DNA from: Paraspadella gotoi
Taxonomy: Eukaryota > Animalia > Chaetognatha
NCBI GenBank assembly: GCA_051294375.1
Contig: CM119267.1
Span: 22,445,486-22,509,485, forward strand
Reading direction: 5' to 3'
DNA length: 64,000 bases
Part shown: positions 53,473 through 64,000 of the stretch, piece after piece
How positions within the stretch are numbered: position 1 is the first letter of the stretch
Layout: each line of letters starts with the position of its first letter
Notes under the pieces: generated by a model
Database searches by the model: none
Told to the model about the DNA's origin: nothing
What the model saw: the letters and a program-made list of their open reading frames with translations, nothing else
Translations under genes and position numbers: made by a program

Positions 53473-54701
53473 TTGAGAGAGAGAGAGAGAGAGAAGGAGA
53501 GAGAGAGATGACGAGAGAGAGGAAGACAGAGGAGAGAGAGACGAACGAACTATAGAAGTTTTCCGCCGCCGGGGGCTTAATTGATCCGTCTTTTCCACTC
53601 TTTATGTCTTTTTCTGATGTGTATCTGGAAGCGCCCCGCCAAGGGGCACGAGAAGGAAGGGCGGGAGGTCGAGGCTCGCCAAACGGGCACGTTTCACTAT
53701 CTCACTCGTCTCAAAACTCGGTTCCACGCTCGACTAAAACAATCGCTCGCTATACCAGTTTATCTGTTCTCCTTAATGGAGCCTGAAAACTCACTCTTGC
53801 GCCCAAAAACTAAAAGATAATTATTAACTTTTCTAGTTTTAAGTTTTCCAGTGATACCAATGGCGCTTTTTTTCCTTCATAATTGTTTTCCTCTAACTTA
53901 AGCCACTCGAATGGAAATTCACAAATTCTCACTCAACATTCGTATTTTTAATAAATCAGAACCCCTCAGACCTCTCTGTCTCTATAATCGTCCTCGCTCT
54001 TTTCTCGATCTCTCTTTCTGCCGTCCTCTGCCTTCTATTTCTTTCACACACACTCTCCTCTCTCTCTCTCATCTCTCTCTCTCTCTCTCTCTCGTCTCTC
54101 TCCCTCCTCCTCTCTCTCTCTCTCTCGTCCTCTCTCTCTCTCTCTCTTTCTCTCAAACATCTAAACTCTCTCTCTCTCTCCCTCTTTGCCTCAATGGCTC
54201 GTTTATTTATTCGCTGGAATGTTTTTTTTTTCAACGCTCAGCCATTTTTTTACCGCGCTTTAAGGCTTAAGCCGGTTTGTTTTTGTTTATATTATTTTTT
54301 TCTGTCATTCTTTTCCGCTGTTTTGGAGTTTACTATCGCTCAGAAGCCAGAGAGCGCGCTGTACAGTTTGAATTAAATCCGGGACGTGACGCTCAACGCA
54401 TTATTCGCTCTTACATTCGCGGGAGAATTCCGCGATTCTGAGGCTGAATTTTGGAAACGAAATTCTCCATTTTTTTTGCCCTCGTCTCAGGAAAAAAAAA
54501 CATTAGGGCAATAAAAAAGTGTTTATTGATTTTCCTTGGTTATGACTTCTATGAGTGGACTTTATGTTGGTTTTTTTATCAACTATTTTCATTGGCAGAT
54601 TGCAGATACTGATGAGAGAGAAAAGAAGAAAATAGAGAGAGAGAGAGTGATAATTTTCGAGAAGGCAGGAGAAAAGTGTAGAGGAGGAAATTGATATGAA
54701 T

Positions 54702-57700
54702 AGGAAAGAAACCAGCGGGCATTTGAGGAAGAACACCCCGGGTCTGTTGGCACAAGCAAGACGTCCCGTCTGAGAATTTCGGAATAATCGAGAATCGTGG
54801 AATCTAGGGCACGAAATCGGGGGCGTCGCAGAGATGACGGTATGATGAGAGAGAGAGAGAGATGATCTACTACGGATCGATGACGTCTCGTGCATGACAT
54901 CGTGAGAGACGTGCTGAGAGAGAGTACGATGCATGCATCGTCTCGTCGTGAGACGAGTAGAGGATAGCGATCGAGATAGCGAAAAGAATCATTGATTGGC
55001 CTTTTAAACGGAAATAAGAATAAACCTCTTGCCCGCTCGTCCGTTGATCTATTCTTCCATTTTCCATATAAAAATTCCCATTTTATGAAGGAAGAAAAAC
55101 ACTCTCTGCTCTCTCTCTCTTCTCTCTCTCCTTCTCTCTCTGTCTTCTCAATTCTTCTTCTTTTTTCTCGGAGTCGCTCCTCTCTATTCTGTGTCTCGCG
55201 ACGTGCATATTTTTTTACTGCTTCAGGTTATCTCCTAACTCTGCTATCTCTTCTTGCTCTCTGTTCGCCTTTAGTTTTCTCCTTTGCGCTGCTTTTAGGT
55301 TTTACCCGCTTCTCTCGATTCTTCTCTCGCTGTTGTTCTGTTACTCCTTTCATCACCGTGTCCTGCTCTTGTCATGCTTCCCTGACTATCTCCTATCTTT
55401 TGCACTTCGTTCCTTTCTACCTCTCCCCTCTCAGGGACTCTCTCCCGCTCCGCCTCGGGTGTCTCCGCCTCTCCCCGGGCCCCTCTGGACTTCTCTTCAC
55501 GCTTTCACCAGACTCTCTCTGTCGCCTCCCTTGCTCTCGCTCCCCTTCTTCGCTCTTCCTCCCGGCTGCCCCTCTCACTCTCCGCAGGCGGAGGCGGCAG
55601 TCATTCGTATCTCCTCCACCATTCTAAGAAGATGAGGTTGGTAAGCCAATGGCGACGCCGTTCAGACGACTACGGAGTTGAGTTCTTCCTCTGTGCTCGT
55701 GGTCTCGCCGACGCGATGGGGCGGCGACCGAGGGATGAGATTCGCTTCAATCGTGTCTCGACGACGGGAAAGACGGCAGAATGCTCGGAGCGTCGCTTCC
55801 CTCCTTCTTACTTTTTCGCCGGCTGTTTACTCTATGTGAGGAGGAAAGCGCGTGGCTCCAACGCCGGCAGAAGGTGTTCTGACCGTAAATCCTGAAAGTG
55901 GGGGAGGGTGGCCGATCCCGGACAGTGTAACATCGCGAAAAGTTTCACTTTTGCCTTTGAATATTTGGTTTTTTTCGCGCGTTTCATTTTTTATTCCCTT
56001 TCCTACTATCTGCCCTACATCCTCCTTATATGGATCGATTGTTCCTCCCTCGATACCAGATCCGCCGCTCCTATATTTTACTCTCCTCACCATCGTGGCG
56101 GCAGTATTCTCGTAAATGACGCTCGAGTGTTTTCGAGTCCGATCGGCTCGTACTAGCAGAGGTGCCTAAACTAGCCATGTCGGGTTTGAGGGGATACGGA
56201 AAGATTGAAAATAGTTAGCAGGATGTTAAAAATTATATGCACTAAGAGTGTAACCGATCTCATTCTCCAACGTAGCGTGACGATATTTCTGCTTCTTCAA
56301 AACACTCGGATGCTGATGTAGAGCGCCTCCCTGCACGACGAGGACCGGCAACCAAGCATGCCGCTCTCAGCGTCTTGTATTCGTCGCGAGGGAAGGGTTC
56401 ACGTTCGACCTTTTATAGTAATTAATTCGTTAACTATTCCTCGTTGAATATCTGCACTCGTAGCTTTGGAAAAGAAAAACATAAATGTTAACTCGATTGA
56501 AGCTCATAACCATCTTGTCGATCGCTTTCGATCAAAAGTCGAAGCTAAATCATCTCTGAATCTTCCGTTGGCATTCTTCGAAGTGATGGATTGGACCTGA
56601 CGTCGCCTGTAACGTAAAATGCGTATTTGAGTTCTAATTGTGATATCTTAATCATCCCAATCTTTCATTATGATAAGTCATCGCTGACCCGTCTGTCGTT
56701 TCTACGACCTGAAAACATTTGCACCATGAAATGCGTTTATTGTTTTGACTTCGCATGGGAGAAATATTCGACTGAAGAGGTGTCCCAGGTTATAGTACTC
56801 GAACCCCTCTGGAGATGAGCCGGACCGCGTCGACTGAAAACGAAAGCGTTGAGATAGCGAGAGTTTGCTTTGTGTCGATTATTTTCGATTCGTGAATTAG
56901 AATCCATAAAAGTAGTTTTAAGTAGTGAATTAATGCTATAGTTTGTATTACACCCATTTTTTTGGATTTGAGCGTAACGTTGACCTCTCCGATGCTCCAA
57001 AACCGACTCGTCCTGTGAGTTCTTCGTGTAGAAGTCGGGATGAACAGTTCGATTTGTAACACATTGCATTCAGATGGATGACGACATCAGCGTCTTGGAC
57101 TGAATGGAAGTTCGAGGATCTCATTCTGAGCATTACTGGTGATAAGCTAGTGTAATTCCCCCCCGTCTCTTCCCCCCCCTTTTTCCCGAGTAGCAACGCG
57201 AGTATTTGGTAAGTAGGTCTCGAGCATAGCGAGCCTGACGTAGCGCGAGGTTCTGAAGAGCGACGAAGGGTAAGCTCTTCCGTGGTGATGCCGATGAGCA
57301 TGAATGGCGCTCGAAATGTCGAGGCCTTTCCGTCCGTCGAGAAGGAGCAGGCGAAGTGAATGTATGCGTTTGAATTATCTGACACGAAGATTTTTTGGGG
57401 GATTCGTTCTTTAATTGATTAGTTTGACTTACGGAAGGGGTTAATTATTTGGTTAAATCTGATTGTGTGAACGATTAGAAGAGGAGGAGAGACGATGATG
57501 GTGATGAGAGAGGAGATGAGAGAATGAAATTGTGAGAGACCTGTGATAAGGAACCAAGGGACGGAACGGAGGTGAAAAGCTTCTAGGGGTAACGAGAAGG
57601 AAGGAAAAAAAAATTGCTAAGATTGGCTCAGGAAAAGAGTAGAGAGAGAGAGAAGAGTGAGGACCGGAGAACAGAGAGATACGAGAGAGAGAGAGATGAT

Positions 57701-57770
57701 GAGCTTTGAGGATCGACGCGAATGGAGGCAGAGTAATATCGGGAGAATGAGATGAAGAGAGAGATAGAGA
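54702..57770 (+). repeat. Approx. 3.1-kb block duplicated at about 59668-62735 (offset 4966)
   Basis: Identical ORF translations at a constant offset (54992/59958, 56948/61914). Confidence 0.93.
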
Positions 57771-58413
57771 TTGACAGAGTGAGAGGGAGCGTCGCCCAAT
57801 TTTCCCGAGACAGGTTTCAAAGGTTAAAAAAAAAGAGGTTGTCGCAAAAGGTTCGCGGCGAAAAAGGCCCTACCAAAAAAAAANNNNNNNNNNNNNNNNN
57901 NNNNNNNNGGAGAGGAAAAAAAAAAAAGAAGTGCGCTGGTGGAATTGAGAAAATATAAAACAGAATGCCCGGCAAGCCAAGAACAACCAACAAAAAATAA
58001 AAAAAAGTAACAGGAAAATAGAAGACAAAATATATGCGAGAAATAAATATAAGGGGTTCAAAATAAAAAAAAATATGGACTTTACCCATAAAACAAAATT
58101 GGGAAAAAACAAAACAAACATAAAAACACAAGCAATATAAATGAGTCGAATGAAAAAAGGCATCAACAAGTGTCAATTAAGACAAATGAAATAAAACCCA
58201 AATGAAAAAGAAATGGAATCCTAGAAAGAGAAAAAGAACAAAAATTTTAGCACAGAAAAGATAAAAAGGAAAAAAAAGAAAAGAAAAAGAAAATGAAAAA
58301 AGAAAAAAAGGCGAGTCGTCATTGAATCCGTTATGCTTGAAAAAAACATTTTTTTTTTAGCGACGGAACTTTCTTTTCCGAACCGAAGAAGGAAAAGGAA
58401 AGTGAGAGAGACA

Positions 58414-58465
<52 letters not shown>

Positions 58466-59036
58466 GAGGATGGAGATGAGAGACTGAGAGAGAGAGGAGA
58501 GAGAGAGAGGAGACGAACGAACTATAGAAGTTTTCCGCCGCCGGGGGCTTATAATGACCGTCTTTTGTCACACTCTTTATGTCTTTTTCTGATGTGGTAT
58601 CTGAAGCGCCCCGCCAGGGGCACCGAGAAGGAAGCGGCGGGAGGTCGATAGGCTCGCCAACGGGCACGTTTCACTAATCTCCTCGTTATCAAAACTCGGT
58701 CCACGCCTCGAACGTAAAATCGCTCGCTATACCAGTTGTATCTGTTCTCCTTAATGGAGCCTCGAACTCACTTCGTTGCGCCCAAAAACTAAAAGATAAT
58801 TTATTAACTTTTTCTAGTTTTAAGTTTTCCAGTGATCCAATGGCGTCTTTTTTCCTCATAAATTGTTTTCTCTACTTACAGACACTCGAATGGAAATTCA
58901 CAAATTCTCACTCAACATTCGTATTTTATAATCAGAACCCCCTCAGACCTCTCTGTCTCTATAATCGTCCTCGCTTCTTTTTCCTCGATCTCTCTTTCTG
59001 CCGTCCTCTGCCTTCTATTTCTTTTCCACACACTCC

Positions 59037-59119
<83 letters not shown>

Positions 59120-62100
59120 CTCAAAACTCTAAACTCTCTCGTCTCTCCCCTCTTTGCTCAATTGGCTCGTTTATTATTCGCTGGAAATGTTTTTTTTTTT
59201 CAACGTCTCAGCCATTTTTACCGCGCTTTAAGCTTGCTTAAGCCGGTTGTTTTTGTTTATAATTATTTTTTTTCTTCATTTCTTTTTCCGCTTTGTTTTG
59301 GAGTTTACTATCGCTCGTAGAAGCAGAAAGCGCGCGTACAGTTTGAATTAAATCCGTGGAACGTGACGTCTTCAACGCATATTCGCTCTTACATCGGGAG
59401 ATTCCGCGATTTCGTGAGGCTGAATTTTGCGAAACGAAATTCTCCAGTTTTTTTGCCCTCGTCTCAGAAAAAAAAACATTAGGGCAATAAAAAGTGTTTA
59501 TTGAATTTTTCCTGGTTATGAGCTTTATTGGTGGATATTATGGTTTTTATCCCAACTATTTATTGGCAGATTGAGATACTGAGAGAGAGAAAAGAAGAAA
59601 ATAGAGAGAGAGAGAGTGAGTAATTGTTCGAGAAGAGCAGAAGAAAAGTGTGAGAGAAATTGAAGAAAGGAAAGAAACCAGCGGGCATTTGAGGAAGAAC
59701 ACCCCGGGTCTGTTGGCACAAGCAAGACGTCCCGTCTGAGAATTTCGGAATAATCGAGAATCGTGGAATCTAGGGCACGAAATCGGGGGCGTCGCAGAGA
59801 TGACGGTATGATGAGAGAGAGAGAGAGATGATCTACTACGGATCGATGACGTCTCGTGCATGACATCGTGAGAGACGTGCTGAGAGAGAGTACGATGCAT
59901 GCATCGTCTCGTCGTGAGACGAGTAGAGGATAGCGATCGAGATAGCGAAAAGAATCATTGATTGGCCTTTTAAACGGAAATAAGAATAAACCTCTTGCCC
60001 GCTCGTCCGTTGATCTATTCTTCCATTTTCCATATAAAAATTCCCATTTTATGAAGGAAGAAAAACACTCTCTGCTCTCTCTCTCTTCTCTCTCTCCTTC
60101 TCTCTCTGTCTTCTCAATTCTTCTTCTTTTTTCTCGGAGTCGCTCCTCTCTATTCTGTGTCTCGCGACGTGCATATTTTTTTACTGCTTCAGGTTATCTC
60201 CTAACTCTGCTATCTCTTCTTGCTCTCTGTTCGCCTTTAGTTTTCTCCTTTGCGCTGCTTTTAGGTTTTACCCGCTTCTCTCGATTCTTCTCTCGCTGTT
60301 GTTCTGTTACTCCTTTCATCACCGTGTCCTGCTCTTGTCATGCTTCCCTGACTATCTCCTATCTTTTGCACTTCGTTCCTTTCTACCTCTCCCCTCTCAG
60401 GGACTCTCTCCCGCTCCGCCTCGGGTGTCTCCGCCTCTCCCCGGGCCCCTCTGGACTTCTCTTCACGCTTTCACCAGACTCTCTCTGTCGCCTCCCTTGC
60501 TCTCGCTCCCCTTCTTCGCTCTTCCTCCCGGCTGCCCCTCTCACTCTCCGCAGGCGGAGGCGGCAGTCATTCGTATCTCCTCCACCATTCTAAGAAGATG
60601 AGGTTGGTAAGCCAATGGCGACGCCGTTCAGACGACTACGGAGTTGAGTTCTTCCTCTGTGCTCGTGGTCTCGCCGACGCGATGGGGCGGCGACCGAGGG
60701 ATGAGATTCGCTTCAATCGTGTCTCGACGACGGGAAAGACGGCAGAATGCTCGGAGCGTCGCTTCCCTCCTTCTTACTTTTTCGCCGGCTGTTTACTCTA
60801 TGTGAGGAGGAAAGCGCGTGGCTCCAACGCCGGCAGAAGGTGTTCTGACCGTAAATCCTGAAAGTGGGGGAGGGTGGCCGATCCCGGACAGTGTAACATC
60901 GCGAAAAGTTTCACTTTTGCCTTTGAATATTTGGTTTTTTTCGCGCGTTTCATTTTTTATTCCCTTTCCTACTATCTGCCCTACATCCTCCTTATATGGA
61001 TCGATTGTTCCTCCCTCGATACCAGATCCGCCGCTCCTATATTTTACTCTCCTCACCATCGTGGCGGCAGTATTCTCGTAAATGACGCTCGAGTGTTTTC
61101 GAGTCCGATCGGCTCGTACTAGCAGAGGTGCCTAAACTAGCCATGTCGGGTTTGAGGGGATACGGAAAGATTGAAAATAGTTAGCAGGATGTTAAAAATT
61201 ATATGCACTAAGAGTGTAACCGATCTCATTCTCCAACGTAGCGTGACGATATTTCTGCTTCTTCAAAACACTCGGATGCTGATGTAGAGCGCCTCCCTGC
61301 ACGACGAGGACCGGCAACCAAGCATGCCGCTCTCAGCGTCTTGTATTCGTCGCGAGGGAAGGGTTCACGTTCGACCTTTTATAGTAATTAATTCGTTAAC
61401 TATTCCTCGTTGAATATCTGCACTCGTAGCTTTGGAAAAGAAAAACATAAATGTTAACTCGATTGAAGCTCATAACCATCTTGTCGATCGCTTTCGATCA
61501 AAAGTCGAAGCTAAATCATCTCTGAATCTTCCGTTGGCATTCTTCGAAGTGATGGATTGGACCTGACGTCGCCTGTAACGTAAAATGCGTATTTGAGTTC
61601 TAATTGTGATATCTTAATCATCCCAATCTTTCATTATGATAAGTCATCGCTGACCCGTCTGTCGTTTCTACGACCTGAAAACATTTGCACCATGAAATGC
61701 GTTTATTGTTTTGACTTCGCATGGGAGAAATATTCGACTGAAGAGGTGTCCCAGGTTATAGTACTCGAACCCCTCTGGAGATGAGCCGGACCGCGTCGAC
61801 TGAAAACGAAAGCGTTGAGATAGCGAGAGTTTGCTTTGTGTCGATTATTTTCGATTCGTGAATTAGAATCCATAAAAGTAGTTTTAAGTAGTGAATTAAT
61901 GCTATAGTTTGTATTACACCCATTTTTTTGGATTTGAGCGTAACGTTGACCTCTCCGATGCTCCAAAACCGACTCGTCCTGTGAGTTCTTCGTGTAGAAG
62001 TCGGGATGAACAGTTCGATTTGTAACACATTGCATTCAGATGGATGACGACATCAGCGTCTTGGACTGAATGGAAGTTCGAGGATCTCATTCTGAGCATT

Positions 62101-63704
62101 ACTGGTGATAAGCTAGTGTAATTCCCCCCCGTCTCTTCCCCCCCCTTTTTCCCGAGTAGCAACGCGAGTATTTGGTAAGTAGGTCTCGAGCATAGCGAGC
62201 CTGACGTAGCGCGAGGTTCTGAAGAGCGACGAAGGGTAAGCTCTTCCGTGGTGATGCCGATGAGCATGAATGGCGCTCGAAATGTCGAGGCCTTTCCGTC
62301 CGTCGAGAAGGAGCAGGCGAAGTGAATGTATGCGTTTGAATTATCTGACACGAAGATTTTTTGGGGGATTCGTTCTTTAATTGATTAGTTTGACTTACGG
62401 AAGGGGTTAATTATTTGGTTAAATCTGATTGTGTGAACGATTAGAAGAGGAGGAGAGACGATGATGGTGATGAGAGAGGAGATGAGAGAATGAAATTGTG
62501 AGAGACCTGTGATAAGGAACCAAGGGACGGAACGGAGGTGAAAAGCTTCTAGGGGTAACGAGAAGGAAGGAAAAAAAAATTGCTAAGATTGGCTCAGGAA
62601 AAGAGTAGAGAGAGAGAGAAGAGTGAGGACCGGAGAACAGAGAGATACGAGAGAGAGAGAGATGATGAGCTTTGAGGATCGACGCGAATGGAGGCAGAGT
62701 AATATCGGGAGAATGAGATGAAGAGAGAGATAGAATTGACAGAGTGAGAGGAGCGGTCGGCCCAATTTTTCCCGAGACAGGTTTCAAAGGTTAAAAAAAA
62801 AAAAAAAAGAGGTTTGGTTCGCCAAAAGTTTCGCGGCGGAAAAAGGCCCTACCAAAAAAAGCGGTTGGGCGTGGCTCTATGAGGAGCGGACGACCGGAAA
62901 TTTGGTGGGACGGTGAAAAAAAAAAAAAAAAAAAGAGCAATTTTGGGAGAAAGAAAGTCGAAAAAACTTTGCCGATGAAAAATTGAAGGAAAATCAGGAG
63001 AAAAAAATAGAAAAATTAGAAAAAATAAATTAGAATTGATTTAATGAAAAAAGAAAAACAAGTCAATTCAAGTTGTTGCGACAAAGTGACTTTTTGATAT
63101 AAATGATATATGGGAGTAAATAAACAAGACTGTGAGAGAGTCTTGATTGAAAGCTTGCAGGGACCTGCCATGTCATTATCTTGTAAGAGTGATGGAGGCC
63201 TTAAACCACCAAAGCCTGTCCAAAGTCAGGGGCAAGATAGCTTATTTATTAAATGATTGGATAATTTTTATATTGGTTGTACCAATAGATAATCACGTGA
63301 CTATACAATTATGAAACATTGATGTTATTGGACCACATATTTGACATGGACAAGAAGCATCTTATGGTAAACCACTTATTTTTACCAAGTGTAAAACACA
63401 AAAAAATATAGTAACTCTCTCGTTACTAACGACGTTAGCTGCATGAAGGACAGACAGAGAAACCGAGCAAACGACCGATCGAAAAAAGACTAAGAGTGTT
63501 GCTCCGCGAGTACTCGCGGCGCGACTAAAAAACCTGTGTGAAAAAAATAGAAAAGATGGGTTTCTTTTTTTTTTTCGGTTCGATAAATTTTTTGGAGTCG
63601 CTTTCAGTCTCTTTCTCCTATATTGTGAAGAGACAAGGGACGAGGGAATAACTGAGACANNNNNNNNNNNNNNNNNNNNNNNNNAAAGAGAGAAAGATAA
63701 GTGC

Positions 63705-64000
63705 GAGGGGGGCCGTCGTGGAGCCGATTGTAAGTCATGCCTTCAAGAGTGGAGGAACTGGGGAACCGACTCTCATCAGATCGGAGATTCCATCGATGGA
63801 AACCAAGAAAATTGGACTGCGAAGCGCGCGAGCGTTTCGGCGCGGACGGCGCCGTGGTGGCCTTCGACGCCATCAGGCCCCTTCGGACGGCTCTTTTCGA
63901 TCTCGCATCAAAGAGTATCGGATCCGCAGAGAAGCGAGGGTCACCGACGGACGAGCCCATCGAAGAAAACGAGGTCATCTTAGAGGTGAGGTCCTAACAA
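63705..64000 (-). pseudogene. Indel-rich copy of part of the zinc-finger gene (about 27734-28020); probably raw-read sequence rather than a real pseudogene
   Basis: MTSFSSMGSSVGDPRFSADPIL and APSAPKRSRASQSNFLGF match the 26783-28555 ORF but with scattered 1-nt indels, directly after a 25-N gap. Confidence 0.7.

Larger units (their letters stand above)
46062..64000. other. Probable mis-assembled/gap-filled region
   Basis: Five exactly 25-N gaps (starting 46062, 52120, 52909, 57884, 63660) and two longer gaps. Indel-rich reverse-complement copies of 42.6-46.0 kb, plus exact direct duplications. Confidence 0.85.

Noticed and set aside
37831-62787. Numerous SLSLSL/RERERE/F-rich ORFs
   Set aside because: Translations of microsatellites and homopolymers, many in duplicated or N-containing sequence.

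Overview
Eukaryotic (animal, probably protostome invertebrate) nuclear DNA with GC/CpG-rich exons and mostly short introns. From 1 to 37.6 kb I could splice by hand 14 protein-coding genes, all on the minus strand. In transcription order they are: FARP/Cdep-type FERM protein, C2H2+CXXC zinc-finger protein, RPB4, CIB, BTB protein, eIF3m, TRAPPC6, FKRP, DPH3, DCTN4, GRB2, Lachesin-like Ig protein, MRPS5 and VPS54 (5' part only). Seven stop-to-start gaps are only 58-332 nt and most lack AATAAA; several carry pyrimidine-rich 3'-splice-site-like sequences just before the next ATG. This suggests operons (polycistronic transcription), possibly resolved by spliced-leader trans-splicing; it is the main candidate system and remains an inference. 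Also seen: relaxed splice signals (3 of 36 introns GC-AG), a small structured mobile element with 4-bp TSDs in two introns, a weak SL-RNA-like hairpin, and two genes with a 1-nt frame discrepancy near the 5' end. The 38-64 kb region has no credible genes. It is (CT/GA)n-rich, and beyond about 46 kb consists of exact duplications and indel-rich inverted copies separated by N gaps, most likely long-read gap-filling artefacts.
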